64,000 nucleotides of DNA from Candidatus Latescibacterota bacterium (GCA_965217585.1 OZ244561.1:1984001-2048000), one strand, 5' to 3'; counted from the first letter of the stretch, positions 28,018-38,371 are shown. Made by a program: numbers and translations. Notes: generated by a model not told the origin, from the letters alone.

Positions 28018-29955
28018 CTAGTAAACCAACGAAACGATCCGGCTGACGCGGTCCCTTCCCTCATCGGTCTCCACCGCTAAGCGCAGCAGGTAAATCCCCG
28101 GCGGCAACAGCAAGCCGCTGTCGTCGCGGCCGTCCCAAGCCACCGCAAAGCGGCCACTCGAGTGAGCAATCCGGTCGATGGTCCACAGTTTGCGACCGCT
28201 CAGATCGCACAAGTCAATATCCACGCGCGCCGCGCCGGCCAGATTCAGCAAGTCGTATTCGAGGCGCACCTCGTCGTTGACCCCGTCGCTGTTGGGCGTG
28301 CAAATCGGCGAGACCAATTCCATTCGACCGATGGACTCAATGCCGACATCCGCTAGGACCACCTGCAACGTCGCGCTGTCATTTTGCACATCCACGTCCC
28401 CTGAGACCACCGCTTGGGCTACCTCGTAGGGCTGAGTACTGTCGAAAACCCGCCCCGCGAAAACGGTGCCGTACTGGAACACCTGAGCCTTGAAGTCGAT
28501 TTCGATAAGGTCTAAGGTCCGCCGCACGTCGATGCGGGGAATCTGCACGGCAAAGCCCGACTGATCCAGCCTAGCCACGGTAAAGGCCTCGTCGCGCCCG
28601 TCAATGCGCACGGCATCGACGCTCACGGCGCGCCTAGGCGTGTCGATTTCCACTCGGTCGAATCCCGCTTCATCGCCGGTGAAATGAGGCAGGAGCTTGT
28701 AGGTGAAAGACACGGTTTGGCCGGGACGGACCTGTGCCGGCTCGATCTCCGCAGCAATGTGCGCCGCCCGGGGCGGGGAAGCGGCGAATTGTAGAAATTT
28801 TAGGCGACCACCAGCCTCGGGCCGCGAGTGAAAATCGGCCCGCACCTGAGCAAAGCGCCGCGGCCGGTCCCCAATCGGGTTCCCGGTCCCAGCAGCCAAG
28901 GCGATGGGGGCACTCCAATCGCTCCAGTTGCGGGTATCGTAGGTCGTGCCAGCGCGTTCCCCCAATTGCAGGGCCGCGTACGTCTCCCGCGTCAGGAGCT
29001 TGCCTTGGCGATCAAAAAGAGTCTTCTCGTCGCCGCGAAACGTGGCACGCCAGTACAAGTTGGGGTCGGGGTCGTCTCCCAGCCGAGTCCGCACTTCAAT
29101 GCTCGTTCCCAGAGGCTGGTCGCCGGCCCAGACCAAGGGACCTAGGATGAGGGACTGGCCTAGATCTATAATAGTGGATTCGTAGCGGGCAAAGGCGCTG
29201 AAGCCGGTCCCGTAAATTTCGATTTCGGCGATCTCCCAGATACTGCGGATATTGCGGCGTACCGCAAAAAAGAGCTGGCGCACCGATTGTTGGGGAAATT
29301 CCAGTTCGACCACGGCGTTTGTGTTTTCGCGGACGTTGTGAATCTGGTCGAAGTCCAATTCCTCGGTAACCTTGAGATCCCGCGTCCCGTCCTTGGAGGG
29401 ATCGCCGTCGCTGACGCCGACGATGAAACTTTCCGCAAAGCGCTCAAAGCGGAAGCGGTCCCTAGGATAGAATCGAATCTTCTGGAGGGTGAAGCGTCCC
29501 CCCAGATCGAAAATCCAGTACTTGAAGGGCCCGGCCCCCCTATTTTCCCGGCGGTTGAAGATCCCCCCCCACGCGACCGACTCGTTCCCCAAGTAAGCAG
29601 TCTCAATGTCGCCATCCCAAGAAGCCAACTCGCTCTCGCCGGGTGTAATCAAGCCATCGTAGCCGCCGGTGGTGAGGATCAAACCGCCGTTTTCGACAAT
29701 GGACGGGATGAGATTGACAGAGCCATCCAGTTGTTTAGGCTCGATATATTCCGCCTGTAATTGCAAGGATTGGGTCTGGTCGCTTGCGGTCGCGACAATC
29801 GCACTCCAAGGCACGTGCCTGAATTCATAAGGCACCTCCAGCGTGGGCGGCGGTTGATCATCCCCACCAATGCGGTAAATGGTCAGCCCCTGCACGTGCA
29901 GGGGCGGGCAGAGACCGAGCAGGAGCAACAGAGGATACGATCTCGCCATTTTCAT
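28018..29955 (-). CDS. Exported ~645-aa FlgD-Ig-tailed protein (shorter, distant paralogue C)
   Basis: Signal peptide; WDGD.ETAY, FDLGG, WEIAEIEIYG, WSDWSAP and TPNSDGVND...WDGRDDSG.LLPPGIY motifs. Confidence 0.75.
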   Translation of the reverse strand: MKMARSYPLLLLLGLCPPLHVQGLTIYRIGGDDQPPPTLEVPYEFRHVPWSAIVATASDQTQSLQLQAEYIEPKQLDGSVNLIPSIVENGGLILTTGGYDGLITPGESELASWDGDIETAYLGNESVAWGGIFNRRENRGAGPFKYWIFDLGGRFTLQKIRFYPRDRFRFERFAESFIVGVSDGDPSKDGTRDLKVTEELDFDQIHNVRENTNAVVELEFPQQSVRQLFFAVRRNIRSIWEIAEIEIYGTGFSAFARYESTIIDLGQSLILGPLVWAGDQPLGTSIEVRTRLGDDPDPNLYWRATFRGDEKTLFDRQGKLLTRETYAALQLGERAGTTYDTRNWSDWSAPIALAAGTGNPIGDRPRRFAQVRADFHSRPEAGGRLKFLQFAASPPRAAHIAAEIEPAQVRPGQTVSFTYKLLPHFTGDEAGFDRVEIDTPRRAVSVDAVRIDGRDEAFTVARLDQSGFAVQIPRIDVRRTLDLIEIDFKAQVFQYGTVFAGRVFDSTQPYEVAQAVVSGDVDVQNDSATLQVVLADVGIESIGRMELVSPICTPNSDGVNDEVRLEYDLLNLAGAARVDIDLCDLSGRKLWTIDRIAHSSGRFAVAWDGRDDSGLLLPPGIYLLRLAVETDEGRDRVSRIVSLVY

Positions 29956-30036
29956 TTTTTGCCCTACTGGATAATACCTCCGCCTAGGCGCAGGTCACCG
30001 TCGTAGAATACCGCCTTGGCGATTCTGGGATTCCTC

Positions 30037-30876
30037 TCAGGCCAAGACCGTCAAACGGGCGGGATTGGCGGGATTGACGGCCCATAGTTCCGCTGGATCG
30101 TAAACGCGCACGGCCTGTGGGGGATGCGCTGGTAGAGACCATTCTGGGTTGAAGCGCTCAATCAGCGCGGCGAGGTTTTTGTAGGCGATGTGGTCCTTGA
30201 GATCGTCGTCAATGGGGGCTTCCTCAATGACCTTCTGCAATATCCTGTAATCGTAATAGGGCAAGTCAGCACCAAAGATCAGCCGCTCGCGGCCCACCTT
30301 GTCGGCCAACCACGCGAAATCCCACTCAGAGCCTGGCCCATCCGGGTACTGGACGACCTCGAAAAACACATTATCGTACCGAGCCAGATGCTCGGCGGCC
30401 CAAGTGCTGGCATGGGCAATGAACGTACAGTGAGGAAACATTGCGGCGATGCGGTCCATGAGCGGGCTGTGCAGATGTAGGTTGACCAAGCCCTCGCGAG
30501 CGGCCGCGGCCTCGACAAAGGGAATGCACCACTCGGCAATGGGCGGATGGCCGACAATGCCGACCAAACCCAACTCGCTCATGGCCCGTTCGGCCTCTTC
30601 AATACCCAGCTTGCCAAAGCGCGCCTCAATCAAGGCCAAGCCAATGGGAAAGACGCCGGGAAAATCGCGGCAGGCGCGGACGATGACCTCGTTCTGGTGG
30701 CGGATATCCAAGATGCCGCGGGCGATGGGGCTGCCGACGGCGGTGGGCATGGAGATGGCGGCGTGGATGTGGGTCTCGGCGAAGCGCGTGAGGCACATGG
30801 CGGTGTTTTGCCCAACCGGCGGCACGCGGTCAATGGTGCGGCCGATGTGGTTGTGGCAGTCGATATAGGGACGCAT
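30037..30876 (-). CDS. Amidohydrolase family (Amidohydro_2)
   Basis: IDCHNHIG, FIAH and GRERLIFGADLPY motifs. Confidence 0.85.
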   Translation of the reverse strand: MRPYIDCHNHIGRTIDRVPPVGQNTAMCLTRFAETHIHAAISMPTAVGSPIARGILDIRHQNEVIVRACRDFPGVFPIGLALIEARFGKLGIEEAERAMSELGLVGIVGHPPIAEWCIPFVEAAAAREGLVNLHLHSPLMDRIAAMFPHCTFIAHASTWAAEHLARYDNVFFEVVQYPDGPGSEWDFAWLADKVGRERLIFGADLPYYDYRILQKVIEEAPIDDDLKDHIAYKNLAALIERFNPEWSLPAHPPQAVRVYDPAELWAVNPANPARLTVLA

Positions 30877-31923
30877 TCAAAGCTCCGTCAGGTCGATGGC
30901 GCGGCGCGCTTGGGTGGCGCGGCGCGCCGCCTCGATGATGCTGAGGGTGTGATAGGCTCCCGCGCCGGTGATCGGCGGAGAATCCCCTGCGGCTAGGGCG
31001 GTGAACGTGGCGGTGAGATAGCCGGCGTGGCCGGTGCTATTGCGCTCCGTGACGTCGAGAGGAATCTCGGACCAAGTGCTCGTCTCCCGCGAGAAGCGAT
31101 GCAGCGCCCGGCCGCGACCGACGACGCGCAAGCAGTCGCCGCGAGTGTGTACTTCGCAGAGCCCGCCTAGCTCGCCAGCCCCCGCGCCGACCATGCCCCA
31201 CGAGGTCGAGACCGTGGAGACAGCTCCGTTTTCGTGTTCGAGGAGCAAGAGCGCCACATCGTCGACGTCGATGTCGAAAAAGTGGGTCTGTACTCGCGCC
31301 TCGACGTAGCGCACCGGCGAGCACATCAAGGTTTCGAGCGAATAGATTTCGTGATAGGCCGTATCGCCGATGCAGCCGCCGCCCGCCGCTTTGGAGGCCC
31401 GCCAGATCCGGGCCGGGCTGGCGCGGTGATGGGCCTCGGTCATGGGAAAGAGCGATTTGGCGCGGCCGACTTGCGGTCTGGGCAGCTCGCCCTCGTGCAA
31501 GAGCGCGATGGCGCGGAGGGTACCTGGGGTAAAGACGGCGTTGTGGACGACTGTATAAATGACACCGTGGCGCGCGACCGCATCTCGCACGGCCGAGGCG
31601 TCCTCCAGCGAGGTAGCCATCGGCTTTTCGCTGATGACGGCACAGCCAGCCTCGGCGGCGACAATGACTTGCTCGGCGTGCAGGTGGTGCGGCGTGGCGA
31701 TGATGACGGCGTCAAGGGCGGCTTGATCCAGCATGTCGCGGTAGTCGGCGTAGCGTTGGGCGGGCGGGACGCCGGTCGTCGCACCGACTTTGGCTAGGTT
31801 GTCGTCGGCCAGATCAGCCAGCGCGGCAACGCGCACCGTATCGAGCGCGCACAACGTCGGCAAGTGCTGCAGCTGGACGATGCCGCCGCAGCCGATTAGT
31901 CCGAGGCGAATGGGGGTTTGCAT
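30877..31923 (-). CDS. Gfo/Idh/MocA family oxidoreductase
   Basis: ATG 31923 (MQTPIRLGLIGCGGI); IATPHHLH, SEKPMA and GGGCIGDTAYH motifs. Confidence 0.9.
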   Translation of the reverse strand: MQTPIRLGLIGCGGIVQLQHLPTLCALDTVRVAALADLADDNLAKVGATTGVPPAQRYADYRDMLDQAALDAVIIATPHHLHAEQVIVAAEAGCAVISEKPMATSLEDASAVRDAVARHGVIYTVVHNAVFTPGTLRAIALLHEGELPRPQVGRAKSLFPMTEAHHRASPARIWRASKAAGGGCIGDTAYHEIYSLETLMCSPVRYVEARVQTHFFDIDVDDVALLLLEHENGAVSTVSTSWGMVGAGAGELGGLCEVHTRGDCLRVVGRGRALHRFSRETSTWSEIPLDVTERNSTGHAGYLTATFTALAAGDSPPITGAGAYHTLSIIEAARRATQARRAIDLTEL

Positions 31924-31931
31924 AGGCTTAG

Positions 31932-31959
31932 GTAGGGGCACCCGGCCGGTCGCCCCTAC
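31932..31959. repeat. GTAG-type REP palindrome
   Basis: GTAGGGGCACCCGGCCGGTCGCCCCTAC, intergenic; near-identical to 63726-63753. Confidence 0.8.
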
Positions 31960-31963
31960 CTTC

Positions 31964-33316
31964 TTAATACGGCGTATGCTTGGTAGTAACGGGGCACCAG
32001 CGGGCGGCGAACAAATAGTCGAACAAGATCTCCGTCGCCTCCGGCGTACCAATGCGCTCCAAGGTCTTGGCCGCCTTGGCGCTGACATAGCGATTTGGAT
32101 CGTCTAGAGCGGCCACCACGGCTGGCTGCACAGCCTCGGCAGCCGCGCCAAGCCGCGCCAAGCCCAAAGCGGCATTGCGCCGCACCCATTCGTCGTCGTC
32201 GCCCAAAACTGCGGCCAGTTCCTCTAGCACCGCTGAGGGCAATGCTCCCATGGCACCCAAGGCTTCGGCGGCGTGGCCCCGCACCTGGTCCGACGCATCG
32301 CCCAGCACCCGCTGCAACGCCGGCACCGCCGGGGCACTCGCCCGACCCATATCGCCTAGACTATCGACCGCGGCTAGCCGCACGTCCGGATCGTCATCGG
32401 CGCAGGCTTGCGCTAGAGCCTCGACTGCGGCCGGACCGGCCGCGGCCAAACCATAGCCAGCGTTGCGCCGCACGTGTTCTGATCCCTGGCGCAAACAGTC
32501 GATGAGCGGCCCCACGGCTGGCTCCCCAGCGCGACCGAGGGCATAGGCCGCCGCTTGACTGGCCGCCTCGGAATCGCCCAGCAGCGCCTGCAGCAGCGCC
32601 GACTGTTCGGTGGTATCCACAGCAAGGCCCTCGGACTGGCCGCCGTACCATTCCCACATACTGTGCCACATGGGTGCTTCGGCATGCCCATTCCCAGCCC
32701 AAGGTTTTCCAGTCGCGTCCCAACTAGGCCCATCCGGTTCTTCGAGGCGGACGAAGAGGAACTTGACCATATAGCGATCCTGCTCGGTGCTATTGGGCGT
32801 GGCTCGGTGCCACAGGTCGTAGTGGACAATGGCGACCGTCCCAGCCTCCCCCGTAAGCGCGACTGCCCGCTCCTCATCGCCTTGGTCGAGGCGGTTGCGG
32901 TAGTGACTGCCGGGGACAACGCCGGTGGGGCCGCGCTCGACCGGCGTGTCCTGCGGATAGTAAAAGGCCATCGCCCAGCGCAGGCGGTGGTGCCGCCGGC
33001 TCCAGCTATCCTTGTGTAGCCCCTGCCCCTCCGAACCTGGCTTGTTGAAATGGCAGAAACGATGCGGATGCAAATAGTATCCCGGCCCCAAGATACTGGT
33101 CAGGGCTCCCGTCACTTGGGGTTGGTCGAATACCTGCTGCAAGTCGGGGATGCGGGGCAATAGGTTGTTGCCTGGATTGCCCTCGGCAGTCAAGACCTCC
33201 TCTATTTGCCCATAAATGGATTGGTGAAAATCCGCGGGCAAATCCGTTTTGACCACTGTATAGCCATCGGCGATGAAAGACTGCATGCGGCTATCGTCCA
33301 ACAGGATCGAGTCCAT
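31964..33316 (-). CDS. PhyH family dioxygenase fused to HEAT/PBS-lyase repeats
   Basis: HKD, GPTGVVPGSH and WHRAT motifs, then about five VR..AA.ALG repeats. Confidence 0.85.
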   Translation of the reverse strand: MDSILLDDSRMQSFIADGYTVVKTDLPADFHQSIYGQIEEVLTAEGNPGNNLLPRIPDLQQVFDQPQVTGALTSILGPGYYLHPHRFCHFNKPGSEGQGLHKDSWSRRHHRLRWAMAFYYPQDTPVERGPTGVVPGSHYRNRLDQGDEERAVALTGEAGTVAIVHYDLWHRATPNSTEQDRYMVKFLFVRLEEPDGPSWDATGKPWAGNGHAEAPMWHSMWEWYGGQSEGLAVDTTEQSALLQALLGDSEAASQAAAYALGRAGEPAVGPLIDCLRQGSEHVRRNAGYGLAAAGPAAVEALAQACADDDPDVRLAAVDSLGDMGRASAPAVPALQRVLGDASDQVRGHAAEALGAMGALPSAVLEELAAVLGDDDEWVRRNAALGLARLGAAAEAVQPAVVAALDDPNRYVSAKAAKTLERIGTPEATEILFDYLFAARWCPVTTKHTPY

Positions 33317-33331
33317 AGCAAAGCTCCTCGT

Positions 33332-34207
33332 TTAGTGGATGAGAGCCTCGCCCGGCATCCGGTTCCAGGGGACGGGTGCGACGGTGCCCTCATAGGTGGG
33401 CAAAAGATCGGCAACCCGCGCTCTAGCCTCGTCGTCCCAGCCGACCCATTCGCGGGGGCGGGCGATGGCGGCGCGGAGGCCATCGGAGAGCAGATCGAAG
33501 TACGGGAAATACCACAGGGTAATGACGGTGCGGCGCTGGGCCGATTTGTTGGCATGAGCCGAGTGCAACAGCCGCGAGTCGCCGATGACCACATCGCCCG
33601 CCGCCACGGGTACATTCACCTCTTCGGGAATCGACTGGTAGGCCGGATGGTCGGGGTCGGCCACGCGGCGGAGTTCGTCGGTGTGGGCATCGGGCACCTC
33701 GTCGTGCATGCGGTGGCGTTGCAGATGCGAGCGGCGCAACAGGCGCAGGCAGCCGTTGTGAGGCGTGGTATCGACGAGGTAGTACATCAGAAAAAGCTGC
33801 TGGGGCAGGGGCGTGTAACTCGAAGGATCGTCCCAGCCCCACCAGTCCTGATGCCAGAACAGCGCCGGGCTATTGGACGGTTTGCTGATGACGTAGCCAG
33901 ACATCCACCGAGGGCGCAGAAAGCCCAACGTTTCGAGCGCGGCGCCGGCGGGCGGATAGGCGACGAGCTCGGCGAAGATGGGATGGGCACCGACATCAAT
34001 CATGCTGCCGGTGGAACGCTGTTGGTCGCGCTTTTCTTGGTTTTGGGCGTCGAGGAGTTGGTCGGTGACTTGGCGCAGACGGTGAAGAATGTCGGCACCG
34101 AGGACGTCTCCTATCAAGCAGTAGCCGTCGCGGATGAGCTGGTCGAAGTTTGCTTTGGGGTCTTGTTGGGACATCAGCGGCGTTCCTGTCGTGTCGATGG
34201 TAGGCAA
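33332..34207 (-). CDS. PhyH family dioxygenase
   Basis: DGYCLI, WHQD, NGCLRLLRRSH and LLHSAHAN..RRT motifs. Confidence 0.88.
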   Translation of the reverse strand: MPTIDTTGTPLMSQQDPKANFDQLIRDGYCLIGDVLGADILHRLRQVTDQLLDAQNQEKRDQQRSTGSMIDVGAHPIFAELVAYPPAGAALETLGFLRPRWMSGYVISKPSNSPALFWHQDWWGWDDPSSYTPLPQQLFLMYYLVDTTPHNGCLRLLRRSHLQRHRMHDEVPDAHTDELRRVADPDHPAYQSIPEEVNVPVAAGDVVIGDSRLLHSAHANKSAQRRTVITLWYFPYFDLLSDGLRAAIARPREWVGWDDEARARVADLLPTYEGTVAPVPWNRMPGEALIH

Positions 34208-34258
34208 CGTAAGGTATCAGTCAGGCATTGTCCACAAAGAAGCCGATATACAACCCCC

Positions 34259-36418
34259 TCAGCCAATGGCGAAAACTACATTGCCCATCTTACCGGTGAA
34301 ATAATCGATCACCACCCAGAGCCCGTTGCACAGCGCCTCGCCCATGATCAGCCCTAGGAAAAAAGTCTCGCTGGCGCGATAGACGGAGGCCCCACCGAAG
34401 CGCAAAATGGCTTTTTTGACCGACCAAGCGATAAAAACGCTAAACCAGATGTGGTTCATCAGCATGTTGGCCCCAATGGGAAATCCGACCGGGTGAAAAG
34501 GCCACCACAACAGCCGCTGGCGCACCCAAGTCAACAGCAGCATCACCACCCCGCCCCCGGCGAAAAAGCCCAAGCCCTGCCAATACACCCCCGAGGGCTC
34601 TAAATTGTGCACGGCCCGCTCGAAAATGGTCCACGGCCCGCTCTTAAAGCGCCAGCCATCCAAGTTGATGCCGCCGTGGATATGCACCAAGTGGAAGACC
34701 ATCCAACACGAACCCACCGCGCCGATCAATAGGGCTAGGACAATACCCCAAAAGACATAGCGCCGACTTTTGCGGTCCATCTCCTCGATTAGCTTGAGCC
34801 CGTTGGCTAACACCGCCATGACGAAGATGCGGATATCGGCGCACCAGATATAGGCCAGCGACAAATTGAATACCCCGCTGGCTCCCACTAACTGCGAACC
34901 CAGCCCTTGCACGACCAAGTCCGGAGCAATCATGGGGGACCGCACTGCGGCCAGACCAGCCTCGGCCACCACCCGGGTGATACCGACAAAGATCAGCAGA
35001 GCGAGCCCCACAAAGAGCAGCGCTACCCACAACTTAGTGCCCATGATCCACAGCCAAAGACTCATGGCAGTGCTGCCCCCCACCAAGCCGATGACAGTGC
35101 TGCGGTACGACATAATCTCGTCGCTGTCGTCAACCTCCGGGGCCCGTCCCAGGGCCTTGGCGAGGACGGCCTTGAGATGCGCTCGACCGATCCAAAAACC
35201 CAGCAGCACCATGGCGATTAAGGCACCGCCCCCCTGATAGGCCAAAAGAGCGTGTTCGTGGACCCCGTACACAAAGCGCTGGTCGGCCTGTACCCCGGTG
35301 ACCAACAAGGTTTCGTATTCGACTTTGGACAGCAAGTGGAATAGCCACAAACCCGCCGCCACCTGCGTATTGATCAAATAGGAAAAACCGATCATGGCAA
35401 AACGAACGGAGAACTGCAACCTTTGCTGACCGACAAAGGGCAAGGTCCAGTGCAAGTTTAAGGTGGGCACCGACGAATCGTAGTGGTGCAGGGCCGTCAG
35501 CGACCCGACCAGCAGCGGAATGGCCGCCCCACACCAAAAAGCCCGCCTGCGGAACAAGCCGTTGACCAAGCCCTCTTTCTCCTCGCCGGCTACTAGGGCC
35601 AGTCCCACTTGGGTCAGCGGATAGGCCAAGCGTTCGCGCTCCATCCACTGGCGCCGCAAAATCACCGCGGCCGAGACCATGACTGCGTACAGGGCCAGCA
35701 GGAAAATCGCCCACCAGCACAAAGGCTCGACCCAAGCTCCATAGTTGATTTCGAGCCCGGCTGCTCCTTCGTAAAAGGCCCTATTCTCCCGCCCGTCGTT
35801 GACCAACACTTGGTGCGGCGGCAGATGCGGCAGCAGCTTTTCCAGCCATTTATTTTCGGGCGAGGCGTAGTAAAAGAAGGCTGTGATACCCGGCAGCAAC
35901 TGCTGGCTCATCCCCATAGTGCACAGGGCCGAAACCACTAACAGCATGATATATACCAGCACTAACTCGGCCCGGTTGAGGACTAGGGTGAGCCCGTTCC
36001 AGACTAAAGGCAGATTGATCAGGATGGAAGAGACGATAAATAGGTTGAACAACAGGCCGGGCGAATGAAAATCCAATTCGCCCCGGGGGCCGTACCAAAC
36101 TAGGAACAACCCCACGGCTCCCACTGCCGTGGACAAGGCTCGCTCCCGACTGCGCCCCACTACCTTGAACAATAGATTGAGCAGGCCGACCAACACCAAA
36201 AAGAGGAAAATGGCCCCCGGCGTATTGAAGTCGAAAGCCATGACCGTGGAACGCATGGCCATGCGTACATAAGGGGCCCCCACAGCGAGGTACAGACTTA
36301 AAAAAGCCCCCACCCAAAGACCGCGGGCCGACAGCCCGAAGCGGCCGTTTCTCTGGTCCAGCAAAGAGCCCCGGTCTTTTAGGTATCTGTGGTATGTCCG
36401 GGAAATCTCTTTTTTCAA
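34259..36418 (-). CDS. DUF6785/DUF6784-like polytopic membrane protein (putative peptide transporter, OPT-related)
   Basis: LRRQWMERERLAYPL, TRVVAEAG and WWPFHPVG...FFLGLIMGE motifs; many TM helices. Confidence 0.7.
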   Translation of the reverse strand: MKKEISRTYHRYLKDRGSLLDQRNGRFGLSARGLWVGAFLSLYLAVGAPYVRMAMRSTVMAFDFNTPGAIFLFLVLVGLLNLLFKVVGRSRERALSTAVGAVGLFLVWYGPRGELDFHSPGLLFNLFIVSSILINLPLVWNGLTLVLNRAELVLVYIMLLVVSALCTMGMSQQLLPGITAFFYYASPENKWLEKLLPHLPPHQVLVNDGRENRAFYEGAAGLEINYGAWVEPLCWWAIFLLALYAVMVSAAVILRRQWMERERLAYPLTQVGLALVAGEEKEGLVNGLFRRRAFWCGAAIPLLVGSLTALHHYDSSVPTLNLHWTLPFVGQQRLQFSVRFAMIGFSYLINTQVAAGLWLFHLLSKVEYETLLVTGVQADQRFVYGVHEHALLAYQGGGALIAMVLLGFWIGRAHLKAVLAKALGRAPEVDDSDEIMSYRSTVIGLVGGSTAMSLWLWIMGTKLWVALLFVGLALLIFVGITRVVAEAGLAAVRSPMIAPDLVVQGLGSQLVGASGVFNLSLAYIWCADIRIFVMAVLANGLKLIEEMDRKSRRYVFWGIVLALLIGAVGSCWMVFHLVHIHGGINLDGWRFKSGPWTIFERAVHNLEPSGVYWQGLGFFAGGGVVMLLLTWVRQRLLWWPFHPVGFPIGANMLMNHIWFSVFIAWSVKKAILRFGGASVYRASETFFLGLIMGEALCNGLWVVIDYFTGKMGNVVFAIG

Positions 36419-36533
36419 CGGGGATCCTTCCGGCCGGGAGAAGACCGCGCAATAGTCTACAAATTTACCTATATACTCGTGCGCGAACCCGGCTCACTCC
36501 CCGCTTCCTCGCCAATTCAGATCGATGCTGGTA

Positions 36534-37391
36534 TTATCCGGCCGCCATTTCCCCTTGGCGCGAGCGCTCCTGCAAGTCGTAGAGCGAGGAAATGGCGTCC
36601 TTGTACAGCGGGATGGGAAAGGAGCGCTCCTCGAAACGCGCTGTGTGCGCGAACCGGCCGCGCACTAGGCGCGCATTGGCCTCGGTCTTGTACGTCATCT
36701 CGCCGGTGTAGATCGGAAAGGCATCGGCGGCGCGGTAGCTGAGGATCAGGGTGCGCCGCGGTTTGTCGGAGACATTGGCGATGGAGGCATGAGGGGTCAT
36801 CGCATGCATGAAGATGACCGTGCCCGCCACGCCGGGGATCGGCACGGCTAGGGATTGATCAACCGCTTCGGTAACTCGGCCTTGAAAAAAGCCGTCGGTG
36901 CTGTGCGACAGCAGATCAGCCCGATGGCGGCGGGGGATGACTTGCAAACAGCCGTTTTCAACGGTCGCGTCGTCGAAATAAAAAAGGATACTCACCGAGC
37001 CGCGATGGGTCAGCGGGTAGTAGGAAAGGTCTTGGTGCCACTCAACGGGCGAGCCGACGCCGGCCGGTTTCATATTGATCTTGCTGTAGTGGAAGACCAA
37101 GTCCGGGCCGAGCAGGGCCTCGACCGCGTCGAGGAGCCGCTCCGATGCGGAGAATGCCCGGAAGACCTCGTAGTGGCTGCAAGGCTCGTACAGGCGGCGC
37201 ACCTGCGTGCCGCCGGGAGGCTGGTTCGGCTCCATCTCCATCCGGGTGGCGTCGTGGTTGGCAAGCGTACTACCGGTGCTAACGGCGTCCATCTCGCGCA
37301 GGAAGGCCGCTATCTCTGCGGCACTGAGGAAGCCGGGGACAGCGACGTAGCCTTCGGTGTGGTAGTGTTCGACTTGTGCGGTGGTCAACAT
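36534..37391 (-). CDS. PhyH family dioxygenase
   Basis: Start MLTTAQVEHYHTEGY; KINMKP, WHQD, NGCLQVIP and PHAS..N..RRTL motifs. Confidence 0.9.
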   Translation of the reverse strand: MLTTAQVEHYHTEGYVAVPGFLSAAEIAAFLREMDAVSTGSTLANHDATRMEMEPNQPPGGTQVRRLYEPCSHYEVFRAFSASERLLDAVEALLGPDLVFHYSKINMKPAGVGSPVEWHQDLSYYPLTHRGSVSILFYFDDATVENGCLQVIPRRHRADLLSHSTDGFFQGRVTEAVDQSLAVPIPGVAGTVIFMHAMTPHASIANVSDKPRRTLILSYRAADAFPIYTGEMTYKTEANARLVRGRFAHTARFEERSFPIPLYKDAISSLYDLQERSRQGEMAAG

Positions 37392-37405
37392 GGGTTGGTT
37401 TCTCC

Positions 37406-38149
37406 TTACCATTTCTCTATGGCGCCCATCAGCATTTTCTGCTGGTCGGTACCCGTGGCGCGGACTTTCTGCGCGAAGGGGCCGTCGAAGGGCTCGCGGG
37501 ATTTCATCCAGGCGGTCTGGTAGCACATCAGGCAGACGCGGCGGCGCACCGACGACTGGTTGGCCGCGCCGCGGTGATAGAGGCAGCCATCGAACATCAC
37601 CGCCTGACCCGGCCGGGCGAACACCCACTTCTCCTCGGGGAAGCGCGGATGACCGGCGGGCGGGCGGAAAGGGGCGCGGTGGCTGCCGGGGACGATGACG
37701 ATGGCACCGTTGTCCTCGTCCAATTCGTCCAAGTAGTAGCCGCAGTTGATCTGGCCGGGCAACGCGCCGTAGGGCGTGCCATCGGGATCGATGGGCCAGG
37801 GCACGTCGCGGTGCCAGTTTTGCTCCTCCTGCCCCGGCGCGGTGACGCGGGCCGTGGCACTGTGGAGCTGGACGCAGGTGCCCAGAATTGCCTGCATCCT
37901 CTCCAGCACGGGCGGGTTGTCGAGCAGGAAAGCGAAGGCCGCGTCCTCTTCGAGGAGCTGGTGGATAAACTGCTCGCCGCTCCCGCGCGCAAAGGCCGCA
38001 TCGAGGGCGGTGCGCAGGGTCTCGACCTGCGCCTCGGTGATGGCATCTTCGACGACGAGATAGCCCCACTTGCGGAAGAAGGCCACATCCTCGGCGATTT
38101 CAGACGTCAGCTTGGGATTGAGGTGCTGCGGGTAGGGCGGTTGCGTCAT
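37406..38149 (-). CDS. PhyH family dioxygenase
   Basis: FFRKWGYLVV, WHRD, NGAIVIVPGSH and YHRGAAN..RR motifs. AGGAG RBS before ATG 38149. Confidence 0.88.
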   Translation of the reverse strand: MTQPPYPQHLNPKLTSEIAEDVAFFRKWGYLVVEDAITEAQVETLRTALDAAFARGSGEQFIHQLLEEDAAFAFLLDNPPVLERMQAILGTCVQLHSATARVTAPGQEEQNWHRDVPWPIDPDGTPYGALPGQINCGYYLDELDEDNGAIVIVPGSHRAPFRPPAGHPRFPEEKWVFARPGQAVMFDGCLYHRGAANQSSVRRRVCLMCYQTAWMKSREPFDGPFAQKVRATGTDQQKMLMGAIEKW

Positions 38150-38371
38150 GTTTCGCAGTACTCCTGTGTGCATTGCGGTCGCCAGAGGGCAAAGTGCCAC
38201 CCGAATACATATTGCGCGGCAGGCTCTTTGTCAACGAAACGGACGGCGGCGTTTGGTTGACCCTGCGCTGGCCATGACGCTCATTACAGGGCAGACGAAC
38301 GCCGCATTCGGGCCGGTTGCCAAGTTGTACCGGCAGACGTACACAGCCTTTTTACTTCAAAGGAGCGATCC

